Part shown: positions 30,379-41,090 of the stretch, one piece after another
Numbering within the stretch: position 1 is the stretch's first letter
Layout: each line of letters begins with the position of its first letter
Source: Deinococcales bacterium
GTDB lineage: Bacteria > Deinococcota > Deinococci > Deinococcales > JAAFIG01
Direction of reading: 5' to 3'
Assembly: GCA_031414595.1 (NCBI GenBank)
Contig: JANNVX010000018.1
Coordinates: 32,001-96,000, forward strand
Length of the DNA: 64,000 nt
The notes under the pieces: generated by a model
Told to the model about the DNA's origin: nothing
The model's database searches: none
The model's input: only the letters and a program-made list of their open reading frames with translations
Program-made: the position numbers and the translations under genes

Positions 30379-31239
30379 ATGAAATCTAATTTTGAAACAC
30401 CAGTCCAATCAACCGTGGGGGCAGACCCCCGTCGCTTGAAGCTCCGTCGCCCCTACAAAATTGTATTCAAATTGTTCCTAATGGCAATTTTGTTGACCCT
30501 AACCCAACTTATACCAACCCAAGCCCAAGACAAAACCCTAACCGTATTTGCAGCCTCGAGCCTAACCGAAGCCTTTACGCAAATCGGATTGAGCTTTACT
30601 CAACAAACAGGGACAAAGGTACGATTTCAATTTGCTGGTTCGCAAATCCTTAAAACCCAACTGGAAAATGGCGCTCCTGCTGATGTTCTTGCGACTGCTG
30701 AGCCGAGTATCAACACTCAACTCGAGCAGAGCAAAATTCTCGAGAAAAGCCAAATTTTTGCCCAAAATCGCTTGGTTGTGATTGTGCCTAAACGCGGTGC
30801 GGCTCGGGTTAAAACCTTAGCCGATTTAGCCAAGCCAAATATAAAGCTGATTATTGCCCAAGCCAATGTTCCAATTGGCAGTTACACCCGACAAGTCTTG
30901 CAAAAACTCGAGGACAGCAAACGCTACGGCACAGATTTTGCGGCTCGAGTTCTTAAAAATGTGGTTTCTGAAGAAAACAATGTGCGGCAGGTGCTGCTCA
31001 AAGTCAGGTTAGGCGAAGCCGACGCAGGAATTGTCTATGTGACCGATGCAACCCCAGAAATTCGTTCTAGCCTGATCCAAATTGCTATCCCAGAACGCCA
31101 GAACGTGATTGCCCAATACCCAATTGGGGTCGTGCGCCAATCTAAGAATCTTATTTCCGCCAAGGAATTTATGCAGTATGTACTTAGTCCAGCTTCACAA
31201 GGTATCTTGCAGTCATGGGGTTTTCTCAAAAAACCATAA
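30379..31239 (+). CDS. modA: Molybdate ABC transporter substrate-binding protein
   Basis: VFAASSLTEAF, FAGSQ, VPIGSY and ENNVRQVL motifs. The ATG at 30379 follows the upstream stop by 4 nt; the start is uncertain. Confidence 0.88.
   Translation: MKSNFETPVQSTVGADPRRLKLRRPYKIVFKLFLMAILLTLTQLIPTQAQDKTLTVFAASSLTEAFTQIGLSFTQQTGTKVRFQFAGSQILKTQLENGAPADVLATAEPSINTQLEQSKILEKSQIFAQNRLVVIVPKRGAARVKTLADLAKPNIKLIIAQANVPIGSYTRQVLQKLEDSKRYGTDFAARVLKNVVSEENNVRQVLLKVRLGEADAGIVYVTDATPEIRSSLIQIAIPERQNVIAQYPIGVVRQSKNLISAKEFMQYVLSPASQGILQSWGFLKKP
30415..30456 (+). repeat. GTAG-type REP-like element (copy 1)
   Basis: GTGGGGGCAGACCCCCGTCGCTTGAAGCTCCGTCGCCCCTAC; matches 57404-57443 at 31 of 34 core nt. Confidence 0.7.
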
Positions 31240-32000
31240 ACACAAAAGCACCTGTGTGGTTACTGATGATGGCGCTGGGGCTGATCGTGTTTTTGCTTCT
31301 GCCTGTGGCGATTATTCTCTTGCGGGGGTTGTCCAGCCTTGGTTCAATCTCGAGCAATGCAGTTCTCGAGGCGTTGCGGGTCAGTGCTTGGACAACTGCC
31401 ACAACCGTTGTTATTACAATTGCCTTTGGAACGCCCGTGGCATATTTGCTGGCGCGGTTTGAATTCTGGGGCAAACAAGCCTTGGATGCCGCCCTAGATT
31501 TGCCCTTGGTGTTACCGCCCGTTGTGGCTGGGCTAGGATTACTGCTGACCTTTGGGCGCAATGGTTTTCTGGGTTCTGGACTCGAGATGGCTGGAGTACA
31601 ATTGGCATTTTCCCCTGCGGCTGTGGTCATGGCACAACTTTTTGTGGCAGCCCCATATTATATTCGCACGGTTCGGGCGGGTTTAGTGCAACTCGACCCA
31701 GATTTTGAAAATGCAGCAAGGGTAGATGGTGCTAACGAAACAATTGTGCTACAACGAATTACTTTGCCCTTACTCAGACCAGCCCTCCTCGAGGGGATTG
31801 TTTTAACGTGGACAAGGGCATTAGGCGAATTTGGCGCAACCATTCTTTTTGCAGGTTCACTCGAGGGCAGCACCCGCACCATGACTTTAGCGGTGTATGG
31901 GGCGCTTGAGTCGGATTTTTCGGCTGCCTTGGTGCTTTCTGGACTGATGGCAGCCATTGCTTTTTTAGTGCTTTTTTTGTTGCGTTCTCGAAAAAATTAG
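31215..32000 (+). CDS. modB: Molybdate ABC transporter permease
   Basis: DLPLVLPPVVAG, ENAARVDGA and RALGEFGAT motifs. Confidence 0.9.
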   Translation: MGFSQKTINTKAPVWLLMMALGLIVFLLLPVAIILLRGLSSLGSISSNAVLEALRVSAWTTATTVVITIAFGTPVAYLLARFEFWGKQALDAALDLPLVLPPVVAGLGLLLTFGRNGFLGSGLEMAGVQLAFSPAAVVMAQLFVAAPYYIRTVRAGLVQLDPDFENAARVDGANETIVLQRITLPLLRPALLEGIVLTWTRALGEFGATILFAGSLEGSTRTMTLAVYGALESDFSAALVLSGLMAAIAFLVLFLLRSRKN

Positions 32001-33220
32001 CGCTTTAACCACTTGGTCAGCATTCCACTGATTGCCCCAACCCGAGCTAAAATTTTTCGGGGGTTCTGGGCTGGCTCGAGCGGTTCTAGGACTCGAGGAG
32101 TTGTGAGCGGAGATTTTTGCACCACGCCATTTTGTTCATCCAGACTTTTAATCGAAAATTCTTTACGACTTTTAATGTCCACCAAGCCAAGTTCATGCAG
32201 CACATGCTGGGCGGTTTGCGGACGGTCAGAAACGCGCTCCTCGAGCATATAATCGAGGGTACTCGAGAATTTTTCGCTGATTTCTGGGTTGATTCGTGTG
32301 ACCGGCACAAGCCTTGCACCTTTGCGCCGTTCTAAAGCGCTGGGCGGCGGTACACCTGTGATGGCTTCGTAAAAGGTTGCCCCCAGACTGTAAATATCGG
32401 TGTACGGTCCAAATTTGGCTTCTGAGGCATACTGCTCGAGTGGTGCATACGCTGGGGTCACAACCCGATGCGAAATTCGCACACTATCTCGAGGGGCAAA
32501 TTCGGCGGCACTGCCAAAATCTATTAGCACGGGTTCGCCAGCCACAATCATGATGTTGCTGGGTTTAATATCGCGGTGCAGTAAGTCACGCTCATGTAAA
32601 TCAAACAAGCACTCGAGTAGCGGCACAAGTAAACGTTTGGCGCTTTTTTCGGATAATTTACCTTGGAGGATGCGTTGTTCTAAAGTTTCGCCCTCGAGCA
32701 TTTCCATTGCCATATACGCCGTGCCGAGTTCTTCCCAAGTCTCGAGAACCGTCACGGCGGCAGGGTGGCGAATCACACGGATGGTATCGGCTTCGATTTC
32801 AAAGCGGGTGGTCAGGGTGCGTAAACTTCTGACTTCTCCAGCTTTTGGCAGTACATAACCAGTGCTGTTGTCGCGGGTCACTAAGCCATCTGGAAAAAGT
32901 TCTTTAATTGCCACGTACTCGCGCCGAGAATTGTCGAATGCTCGGTAAGTGATGCCAAAACCACCGCGTCCAATGACTGCCAAAATTTGGTATTGACCAT
33001 TTTTTAGACTCTGACCAGCAGGCAATTCATCACTGATGGTGCTTGAATTCTGAATTTGTAAAAACGATGTCCCACAAACATGGCAAACAGTTGCCTCGGC
33101 GGGATTATCGGCATAACAAATCGGACAATTCTGGCTCATGGATTGATGCGTCTCTCGAGACTGATTGTATGTTTTTATGACGGGCAGTAATGACCCAATC
33201 AAAAACGGGACTCGAGTCAC
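31997..33220 (-). CDS. Ser/Thr protein kinase with N-terminal zinc ribbon
   Basis: CPIC...CHVC, GRGGFG, AIKE, HRDIKPSN, DFG and APLE motifs; the real start may be the ATG at 33139. Confidence 0.9.
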   Translation of the reverse strand: MTRVPFLIGSLLPVIKTYNQSRETHQSMSQNCPICYADNPAEATVCHVCGTSFLQIQNSSTISDELPAGQSLKNGQYQILAVIGRGGFGITYRAFDNSRREYVAIKELFPDGLVTRDNSTGYVLPKAGEVRSLRTLTTRFEIEADTIRVIRHPAAVTVLETWEELGTAYMAMEMLEGETLEQRILQGKLSEKSAKRLLVPLLECLFDLHERDLLHRDIKPSNIMIVAGEPVLIDFGSAAEFAPRDSVRISHRVVTPAYAPLEQYASEAKFGPYTDIYSLGATFYEAITGVPPPSALERRKGARLVPVTRINPEISEKFSSTLDYMLEERVSDRPQTAQHVLHELGLVDIKSRKEFSIKSLDEQNGVVQKSPLTTPRVLEPLEPAQNPRKILARVGAISGMLTKWLKR

Positions 33221-33269
33221 AGCATCATTGTTCTAAAGCTGTAATAATCCGACTGGGTTACTCGGAAAT

Positions 33270-34289
33270 ATGCTGATTGTTGAATCGCTCACCAAACGTT
33301 ACCACCCAAGCCATCCGCCTGTGGTCAACAACCTTTCTTTTGATTTGCAAGATAACAGCATCACGGCGATTCTTGGTCCAAGCGGCTGTGGCAAAACCAC
33401 CACTTTACGCTTAATCGCAGGGTTCGAGCGCCCAGATGCTGGTAAAATTATTCTGGGCAACACTGAATTGATCTCGAGCAGCCTAGATGTTCCGCCAGAA
33501 AAACGCGAAATTGGCTTTGTATTCCAAGAATATGCACTGTTTCCGCATTTAACGGTTCTCGAGAATACGCTGTTTGGACTTGGTAAACTGCCTAAAGCGC
33601 AACGTTTTGATCAAGCCCGTAGTGTACTGGCGCTGGTCGGTTTAAGCATTTTCGAGAAGCGCTATCCGCACCAGTTATCGGGCGGGCAACAGCAGCGCGT
33701 CGCATTGGCTCGGGCGCTTGCTCCGAATCCTAAATTGGTACTGCTCGACGAACCCTTCTCGAGCTTAGATGCTGGACTGCGTGAAACCACAAGGGGCGAG
33801 GTACGCGAAATTCTGCGGAAAGCCAATGCTACAGCCCTTTTAGTCACCCATGACCAAGAAGAGGCACTGACTTTTGCTGACCAACTGCTGGTGATGCGTG
33901 ATGGTAACTTGGAGCAAGCTGGCGCACCCGAAAGTATTTACGCCACACCACGCACCGCTTTTGTGGCAAGTTTTTTGGGTAAAACCAATCTGCTTCCTGC
34001 TCGAGTCCTCAATAACATGGCACAGACCAGCCTAGGGTTGTTTCCGCTCGAGAATAAAGACGGCAACACGATGTTATCCATTCGCCCAGAAGACTTGCAC
34101 TTCTCGAGTTCTGGCGTGAGCGGCGAAATTATCAGCCGAGACTTTAAGGGACACGACATAACTTTTACGGTTAAAACTCAACACGGTTTCATTCTCATTC
34201 AAACCCCAGCCCCAAATCCGCAACGGGTCGGCGACTTGGTTTGTATTGCCCTCCAAGGTCAAGCGATAGCGGTTCGCGGAAGCGTTTAA
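33270..34289 (+). CDS. ABC transporter ATP-binding protein (FbpC/PotA-like, with TOBE domain)
   Basis: [26 protein letters not shown] and LLDEPFSSLD motifs. Confidence 0.9.
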   Translation: MLIVESLTKRYHPSHPPVVNNLSFDLQDNSITAILGPSGCGKTTTLRLIAGFERPDAGKIILGNTELISSSLDVPPEKREIGFVFQEYALFPHLTVLENTLFGLGKLPKAQRFDQARSVLALVGLSIFEKRYPHQLSGGQQQRVALARALAPNPKLVLLDEPFSSLDAGLRETTRGEVREILRKANATALLVTHDQEEALTFADQLLVMRDGNLEQAGAPESIYATPRTAFVASFLGKTNLLPARVLNNMAQTSLGLFPLENKDGNTMLSIRPEDLHFSSSGVSGEIISRDFKGHDITFTVKTQHGFILIQTPAPNPQRVGDLVCIALQGQAIAVRGSV

Positions 34290-34336
34290 TCTTTTTACCC
34301 TTTAACCTTTTAACCCTTTTCCCTTAGAATCTCTCC

Positions 34337-35674
34337 ATGCGAGTTTTTATTTCCGATATTGGGCAACACGCCGAAAACACCGTCACCATTAAAGGCTGGT
34401 TGTCCGATAAAAGCGGCAAAGGCAAATTGCAATTCTTAAAACTGCGTGATGGTACTGGTTTTATTCAAGGCACAGTTTTTATTGGCGATGTCTCCGAAGA
34501 AACTTTTGAACTGGCAAAACGCCTTCCACAAGAATGCAGTCTCGAGGTGACTGGAATTGTCAGGGCAGATGCTCGAGCGCCAAGCGGATTTGAACTGGCG
34601 GTGCGCGATATAAAAGTCGTGGCATTGCCCACCGAGGAATACCCGATAACCCCCAAAGAACACGGCACAGAATTTTTATTAGATAACCGCCATTTGCATT
34701 TGCGACACCGTAAACCTTGGGCTGCTTTGCGGGTTCGAGACACGATTAAACGTGCCATTAACGATTTTTTTCATGACCGTGGCTTTATTCAGTTCGATAG
34801 CCCATTTTTTATGCCAACCGCCGTTGAAGGCACAAGCAATTTATTCGAGATTAACTTGTTTGACGAAGAAAAAGCCTATTTAAGCCAATCTGGACAGTTA
34901 TATGCCGAAGCTGGCGCAATGGCACACGGTAAGGTCTACACTTTTGGACCGACCTTTCGCGCCGAAAAAAGTAAAACCCGACGGCACTTGCTCGAGTTTT
35001 GGATGATTGAACCCGAAGTTGCCTACAACGACTGGGAGGACAATATGCGCCTCCAAGAAGATTTTGTGAGTTACCTTGTCGGGCGCTCACTCGAGGAGCG
35101 AAAAACCGAACTCGAGATTCTCGAGCGAGACACAACTAAGCTCGAGCCAAGCGCGGCTGGCAATTTCCCACGGGTTAGCTACACCGAAGCTATTGAAATG
35201 ATTAGTAAAGCCATCTCGAGCGGTAACTTACCCGAAAATGTCGCAGCCGACACCCAGCCTGTGATTTGGGGCGATGATTTTGGTGCGCCACACGAAACGA
35301 TTGTGGGTTCGTACTTTGACCGTCCGGTGATGATTCACAGTTATCCAGCCGCGATTAAAGCCTTCTATATGCAGCCACAAGCCCATGACCCACGCCTGGC
35401 AGCCTGCAACGACATGATTGCCCCAGAGGGTTATGGCGAGATTATTGGCGGGTCTGAGCGCATTCATGATTACGACTTACTAAAGAGTCGCATTCTCGAG
35501 CATGACTTACCACTCGAGCCATTTGATTGGTACTTGGATTTACGCAAATACGGTTCTGTGCCGCATAGTGGTTTTGGGCTTGGTCTCGAGCGCACCGTGG
35601 CTTGGATTTGTGGTGTGCCGCATTTACGCGAAGTGATTCCGTTCCCACGAATGCTAACGCGGATGAAGCCGTAA
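34337..35674 (+). CDS. asnS: Asparagine--tRNA ligase
   Basis: OB-fold anticodon domain, [21 protein letters not shown] and GFGLGLER motifs; TAGAAT lies 6 nt upstream. Confidence 0.95.
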   Translation: MRVFISDIGQHAENTVTIKGWLSDKSGKGKLQFLKLRDGTGFIQGTVFIGDVSEETFELAKRLPQECSLEVTGIVRADARAPSGFELAVRDIKVVALPTEEYPITPKEHGTEFLLDNRHLHLRHRKPWAALRVRDTIKRAINDFFHDRGFIQFDSPFFMPTAVEGTSNLFEINLFDEEKAYLSQSGQLYAEAGAMAHGKVYTFGPTFRAEKSKTRRHLLEFWMIEPEVAYNDWEDNMRLQEDFVSYLVGRSLEERKTELEILERDTTKLEPSAAGNFPRVSYTEAIEMISKAISSGNLPENVAADTQPVIWGDDFGAPHETIVGSYFDRPVMIHSYPAAIKAFYMQPQAHDPRLAACNDMIAPEGYGEIIGGSERIHDYDLLKSRILEHDLPLEPFDWYLDLRKYGSVPHSGFGLGLERTVAWICGVPHLREVIPFPRMLTRMKP

Positions 35675-35820
35675 TCCCTGGACTTTTTGTGTAAAGCCCA
35701 ATCGTTTATTGCTGTGGAAGTGAGTCTTGATAAATTCAGGAGTGTCTTTCAAGACATGCTAAATCTTGGGGTGAAGGAAGCCTAAAATATTTCCGAACTA
35801 GTGTTGTATCAAAAGCCGAT

Positions 35821-36771
35821 TTAATACGCTCGCCTGACCACACTCATGCCTTGTGTCTCGAGCCAAGCTGCAACCACACCAATAGATTTTTTGACCCCAG
35901 ACGTAATCAAAGGCTGACCAAAAGATTCTAATTGGGCAATGATGCGCCCATCTTCGTTTTTACCGACACTGATGAGCAATTCTTGGGCATAATCGGGTTC
36001 TTCGACTCGAGCCAGAATAATTAAACGGTTTTCTCGAGTGAAGGATTCGAGAAGAATCACGGTGCAATCAGAAAACTGCGCCACGACTTTCTCGAGTGGT
36101 TTGGTTGGCAAATTCCCAGTTAATTGTGCGTGTGGCATGATTTTTTCCTTTGTTATCTCGAGTCGAGCGAATTCTTTTTTTGCAACTTCTTTGACCTTAA
36201 AGCGAGCATGGTGAATATTTAAGCCCTGAGCTTGCCAACGCATCGCGTACTTGGTTTGTAATGCCGCCTGTGGTGGTTCGGCTGGCATAATGTCAAATAA
36301 ACCTGTACTGGCAGCTTGCTCGAGCGCAAAATCATAATACGGCGGGTGGTCGGTGGTCAGCCACAATTCACCGTTTGGGACTAAGCGGGACGATAGTAGT
36401 TCAAAAGTCCCACTTCGGACAAAGCGGTTTTCTTCGTGCTTACCCTTAAACCACGGGTCTGGAAAATTTAAGTAGACCCGAGAAATACTTTGCTCAGGCA
36501 GGGCATTACGAATCAGAAACTCAGCACTCATACGAACCAGCACAGCGTTATCTTTGATTCCCGCAGCAAGGTAGCGTGCAAAGGCTTTTTGTAAACTGAC
36601 TCCGGAAACTTCGACCCCAAGGTAATTGACTTCCCCCTCGAGATGGTGCTGTGCTGCCCAGAAACGTCCATCGCCAAAACCAACTTCTAAAAACAGTGGT
36701 TGGGCTTTAGCAAATAAATCCTCGAGCGGTTGCGGGTATAAAAAATCATTGGGTCGTAAAAAACGCGGCAT
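35821..36771 (-). CDS. trmB: tRNA (guanine-N7)-methyltransferase
   Basis: LEVGFGDG, NFPDPW, TTD and TKY motifs, with a Deinococcus/Thermus-type C-terminal extension. Confidence 0.9.
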   Translation of the reverse strand: MPRFLRPNDFLYPQPLEDLFAKAQPLFLEVGFGDGRFWAAQHHLEGEVNYLGVEVSGVSLQKAFARYLAAGIKDNAVLVRMSAEFLIRNALPEQSISRVYLNFPDPWFKGKHEENRFVRSGTFELLSSRLVPNGELWLTTDHPPYYDFALEQAASTGLFDIMPAEPPQAALQTKYAMRWQAQGLNIHHARFKVKEVAKKEFARLEITKEKIMPHAQLTGNLPTKPLEKVVAQFSDCTVILLESFTRENRLIILARVEEPDYAQELLISVGKNEDGRIIAQLESFGQPLITSGVKKSIGVVAAWLETQGMSVVRRAY

Positions 36772-36795
36772 TGGTTAAGAGTATAGCCTATGCTT

Positions 36796-37503
36796 TTAGA
36801 GTTTGCGCCTATCTGCCACAACTTCAAACAATAACCCTGTGAATACCGTCAGGTTTGATTCAGGGGTTTGTTTTGAGTCTGGTAAAAGTTCACCAATAGA
36901 CGAACTTGGCGTTGGATTGTTCTTAAAAAGCGTAGTGATAACCTCGGCTTGCTGGGCATTCAAAACCCCAGTCTCGAGACGCTGCACTAATTTTGGAATT
37001 TCTGGGGCAAACAGAATTTGGAATTGTTCAAAAGTCATGTCTTTTAATTTTTGTTGATAAATAAGATTTTTTTCTTTTTGGTCGTAGAGCAGAACGGGGC
37101 TACTACCCGTTAAAGCAATCGCGGCATTGAAAATAAATTGCAGGGCTGGCAACCACCAAATCAGTGGCAACAAATACCAAAACCAGCCTTTAAGAACCCC
37201 AGTCTTTGCGCCAAAAAAATCAAAGTTGTAGCCAAGGCTCGTGCCGATAGAAAGCGGAATGACCATAAAGAAAAATAAAACCAGCACTTCATCGGGCTTT
37301 GAAATCGTGCCATCTTTTGCCGTAACCAACAACGTAATGATTAAGCAAGTCAGTAACCACGGAATCAAAAACCGTTTTTTGAATGGCTGATAGCGATTGA
37401 GTGGAAAGAGCAACAAGTAACCAAGCAGCGAATTCATGTGACCTCGATTGTTAGCATAACTCATTGTACTTGCTGTACAGACCAAAATTGCAAACGGTGA
37501 CAC
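36796..37503 (-). CDS. Hypothetical membrane protein
   Basis: ORF with several hydrophobic segments; the start is probably downstream at MNSLLG (GAGG RBS). Confidence 0.55.
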   Translation of the reverse strand: MSPFAILVCTASTMSYANNRGHMNSLLGYLLLFPLNRYQPFKKRFLIPWLLTCLIITLLVTAKDGTISKPDEVLVLFFFMVIPLSIGTSLGYNFDFFGAKTGVLKGWFWYLLPLIWWLPALQFIFNAAIALTGSSPVLLYDQKEKNLIYQQKLKDMTFEQFQILFAPEIPKLVQRLETGVLNAQQAEVITTLFKNNPTPSSSIGELLPDSKQTPESNLTVFTGLLFEVVADRRKL

Positions 37504-37535
37504 AAATCACTTTTGGCTCGAGTAGACTGGTTGGC

Positions 37536-38228
37536 GTGAGATTTCGTTTTTTTGACTTTATCCTTGCCGCCTTTGCGGTCTGCTTAGTGGTTTCTAACAT
37601 TGCCAGTACCAAAGTCGCCACGCTTGACCTTGGATTTTGGAAACCCATTTTTGACGGTGGCACGTTTCTTTTTCCCATCACCTATATTTTTGGTGATGTC
37701 CTAACCGAAGTTTATGGCTATAAAAATGCCCGGCGGGTGATTTGGTTTGGGCTTATTGCCAGTCTCTTCTCGAGCCTGATTTTTGCGGCGGTTGGATTGC
37801 TTCCCACCCATGACTCGAGTTTTACCAAAGGCGCATTTGAAACGGTGCTTGGTTTTGTACCGCAAATTGTACTGGCAAGCCTGATAGCATTTTTCTTCGG
37901 TGAATTTTTGAACAGTTTTGTGTTGGCGAAACTCAAAATTGCCACCAAAGGCAAGTTCTTTGCGGCAAGGGCTATTGGTAGCACCTTGGTAGGGCAAGCT
38001 GCCGACACCCTTATTTTTAGTGTGGTTGCCTTTGGGATTGGGGTGGGGGCTGTACCCTCTGAGGTACTTTGGAGCATTATCCTGACCAATTACTTGTACA
38101 AAGTTGGTCTCGAGGTGCTGCTGACTCCGGTCACAACCTTGGTGGTGCAGCACCTTAAAAAAGCTGAGGGTGTGGACAGTTACGACCACAGCACCAATTT
38201 TAACCCCTTTGTATTACGCCACCAATGA
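37536..38228 (+). CDS. Queuosine precursor transporter (YhhQ/Vut_1 family)
   Basis: SNIASTK, GGTFLFPITYIFGDVLTEVYGY and STLVGQAADT motifs; GTG start 7 nt after TAGACT. Confidence 0.88.
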   Translation: MRFRFFDFILAAFAVCLVVSNIASTKVATLDLGFWKPIFDGGTFLFPITYIFGDVLTEVYGYKNARRVIWFGLIASLFSSLIFAAVGLLPTHDSSFTKGAFETVLGFVPQIVLASLIAFFFGEFLNSFVLAKLKIATKGKFFAARAIGSTLVGQAADTLIFSVVAFGIGVGAVPSEVLWSIILTNYLYKVGLEVLLTPVTTLVVQHLKKAEGVDSYDHSTNFNPFVLRHQ

Positions 38229-38239
38229 CGTGACTTGTA

Positions 38240-39910
38240 TTACGCCACCAATAAGCGCAAATTCTCGAGTCCAATGCGGTGACAATAATCCCCGAAGCGC
38301 TCATTCTCGAGTCTGATGGATTTGAAATTTTTAAGGAGCGGCTCGAGGGTCGGTATCATTTCTTCGCGTTTGACATTATCTAAAAAGACTTCGGATAGGC
38401 GTGTTCCAAGATGACTTCCCCCAAGGTAAATTGCGTAACTGTTGATGCCACGTCCGACCAAACCAACTTCGGCGCTGTAGGGGCGGGCGCAACCATTGGG
38501 GCAACCAGTCATACGAATGTGAGGCGCAAGGGTGTCTGACTCAAGATTGTGCGTCTCGAGCAGGGATTGTACTTCGCGGATGAGGTCTGGCAGGGCGCGT
38601 TCGGCTTCGGTGATCGCAAGTCCGCAAGTCGGAAAGGCTGGACATGCCATCGAATGTTTAATCACAGGGGCAATGCTGTTGGGTAAGACAATCCCATGCT
38701 TGGTCAGCAGTGCCTCGAGCGCGGCTTTGTCTTGTGGGGCAATGTTGCAAAGCAGCATATTTTGTTGTGGAGTCAGGCGAACTTCGGGAACAAATTGTTC
38801 GACTGCTTTGCGGATTCCAACTCGAGCTTCGTCTTTGATTCGTCCGTTTTCGATAAATAAGCCTAAAAACCAGTTGCCGTCACCTTGTTCAAACCAGCCC
38901 AAATGGTCATCGCCCGAAGTCCACTCGAGAGGTAATGGTGCAGGCAAGCTCAGTCCAAGAACTTCTTCGACTTTTTGCTTAAAGTTGGCAATTCCCATAG
39001 ATTCGACCAAATACTTCATGCGGCTGTACTTGCGGTCATCACGTCTGCCATGGTCGCGTTGCACTGTCACAATGGCTTTAATCGTCTCGAGTAACATTTC
39101 TGGGGGTATGGTAGTCATCGGGTCGCCTAAACGCGGATGGGTGTCTTTGACAGTATGCGATTGCCCGAGTCCTCCGCCGACAATCAAGGTAAATGCCACC
39201 AACCGATCGCCATTCATTACGGGGACAATACCGACATCTTGGGTGTAGGCATCCACACAGTTATCGTTGGGGAAAGCAAAAGCAATCTTAAATTTTCTTG
39301 GCAGATAGGAAACACCATACAAGGGTTCTTCGGTTAGGTTTTCCTCGAGTGTCACGGCTTTTTCGCCATCTAGCCAAACTTCAAAATAAGCTCGGGCGCG
39401 TGGCTTGAGGTTTTCGGACAAGGAAAACGCATGAGCCATGATTTCGTCTCGAGCTTTAGACTTAAATGGGGCTGGACAAGCCACGATGTTACGAACCACA
39501 TCACCACAAGCCGAAAGCGAGGTCATGCGGTGTGCATCTAAAGTTTTTAGAAGCGGTTTTAAGCCGCCCTTTAGTACCCCGTGGTATTGAATCGCTTGGC
39601 GGGTCGTGATTCGCAGGGTGCTGTTGGCGAGTTGGTCAGAGAGGTCGTCCAACTCGAGGTACTGCGCTTTACTCAGCACCCCGCCAGCAATCGCAACCCG
39701 TATCATAAACGAATGCTGGGCGCTTAAGCCTTGGGCTTTACGGGCTTTTCGTACATCACGGTCTGATTGTTGGTAAATGCCATGAAACTTTAAGAGCAGT
39801 TCGGAGGTGTCTATAAAATGGTCTTCGCTGTTCTCGAGTTCGCTTTGTAGTGTGCCACGCAAATAATTACTCTCGAGTTTGACGTGTTCAACTTTACTTA
39901 GGGTATTCAT
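38240..39910 (-). CDS. cysI: Sulfite reductase hemoprotein (siroheme, CysI/Sir)
   Basis: KFHGIYQQ, ACGDVVRN, YLPRKFK, MACPAFPTC and MTGCPNGCARP motifs. Confidence 0.9.
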   Translation of the reverse strand: MNTLSKVEHVKLESNYLRGTLQSELENSEDHFIDTSELLLKFHGIYQQSDRDVRKARKAQGLSAQHSFMIRVAIAGGVLSKAQYLELDDLSDQLANSTLRITTRQAIQYHGVLKGGLKPLLKTLDAHRMTSLSACGDVVRNIVACPAPFKSKARDEIMAHAFSLSENLKPRARAYFEVWLDGEKAVTLEENLTEEPLYGVSYLPRKFKIAFAFPNDNCVDAYTQDVGIVPVMNGDRLVAFTLIVGGGLGQSHTVKDTHPRLGDPMTTIPPEMLLETIKAIVTVQRDHGRRDDRKYSRMKYLVESMGIANFKQKVEEVLGLSLPAPLPLEWTSGDDHLGWFEQGDGNWFLGLFIENGRIKDEARVGIRKAVEQFVPEVRLTPQQNMLLCNIAPQDKAALEALLTKHGIVLPNSIAPVIKHSMACPAFPTCGLAITEAERALPDLIREVQSLLETHNLESDTLAPHIRMTGCPNGCARPYSAEVGLVGRGINSYAIYLGGSHLGTRLSEVFLDNVKREEMIPTLEPLLKNFKSIRLENERFGDYCHRIGLENLRLLVA

Positions 39911-39963
39911 ATTATCCTTTTGGCATAAAAAAAGCAGACTAAAATCGTCTGCTACTCTAAAAA

Positions 39964-40398
39964 CTAAACTGATTTACGGGCGAAACGGTGCGGTAACATC
40001 CGCCATTGAAAGTATAAAAAGCACCCGACGCAAATTCCAGTGGTTAAGTTCAGCATTGCAAGGGCAAAGACAATAATCGCTACAACCCAAGCCGCAACAG
40101 TTGCACCCGTTAAAAATAAAATACTCGAGACAAGCATAAAAACCCCGCCAAGTCCTTGGGCAAAATTGTGTGGACGTGGGTCGTCTTGCTCGAGTTTAGG
40201 CGTGATTTTTAGGGCTGGGCGTAAAAAGCCGGTGTAGAACTGCTTAAAAAGTGCCAAACGTGGCTCGAATGTCCCAAGCAGCATAATTGCGGCGACCAAA
40301 AACACAATTGGTGCAAATTGTAAGGCAAAAGCAACCGCAATCAGACTGACAATACTGACTTGGTTAAAGCGTAAAACATTGCTGTCAAATTGTTTCAT
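39964..40398 (-). CDS. DUF4395-like membrane protein
   Basis: RFNQ...DDPRPHNFAQGLG...GICVGCFLY pattern. Confidence 0.75.
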   Translation of the reverse strand: MKQFDSNVLRFNQVSIVSLIAVAFALQFAPIVFLVAAIMLLGTFEPRLALFKQFYTGFLRPALKITPKLEQDDPRPHNFAQGLGGVFMLVSSILFLTGATVAAWVVAIIVFALAMLNLTTGICVGCFLYFQWRMLPHRFARKSV

Positions 40399-40934
40399 CT
40401 TTCTCCCATCGAGTCGAGCGATTCAAGCAGTGCCTTAGAAACTTCGCGCTGAGCGGCATCGGCAATCAGCGCCGTGGTCAGTAAAATCCAGTTTGGGACA
40501 TTTCCCGCTTCTAAGCGAATTGGTTGTCCACCATGAACTGTTCCCTCGAGCTTATTGCCCACAATCCAAAACTCGAGCGGATAGCTTTGGTCGCCTTGGA
40601 AAACTTGCCCCGTAAAATGATCCGAACCCAGATAAACCACGGCTCGTTCGATGTGCCTTGAACCAGAGAAACGAATCTCGAGTTGGTTGCTGCTGACTTG
40701 GGCGCTGATTGCAAGGCGCACAGCGCTGCTTAAAACCGTGCCAAGCAAGCTGTGAACCCGCCGCTCGAGTTTTAGGTTTTCGGCAAACCACCAACCGCCA
40801 AGCCTTCCCTCGAGTTGCTGACCATCCCAACGCAGGGCGATGTCGTAACGGGCAAGTGGGTCGTGGATTGCGCCTTTGATGCGCTGGGAAGTGCGGGTGA
40901 TGTGGATTGGGTTTGTACCTAAAAGTAATTGCAT
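40395..40934 (-). CDS. Hypothetical protein (beta-rich)
   Basis: GGAG RBS; stop overlaps the start of the next gene. Confidence 0.65.
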   Translation of the reverse strand: MQLLLGTNPIHITRTSQRIKGAIHDPLARYDIALRWDGQQLEGRLGGWWFAENLKLERRVHSLLGTVLSSAVRLAISAQVSSNQLEIRFSGSRHIERAVVYLGSDHFTGQVFQGDQSYPLEFWIVGNKLEGTVHGGQPIRLEAGNVPNWILLTTALIADAAQREVSKALLESLDSMGER

Positions 40935-41090
40935 GGTGTTCTCCGTTTTGAATGTGGGTTTTGTCTTAATGGTTGGGAATTTTTAAGGACAACAACGCAT
41001 TCGTGGTTTTTGGAGGACACTAAAATTCATGACTCAACTTTATATGGTTTACAAAAATTGTCAAGTATTATTCAATACGCAAATAAAGTT

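Noticed and set aside
33270-34289. This ABC ATPase as the missing modC
   Set aside because: It looks FbpC/PotA-like and is separated from modAB by an oppositely oriented kinase, so it cannot be assigned from sequence.
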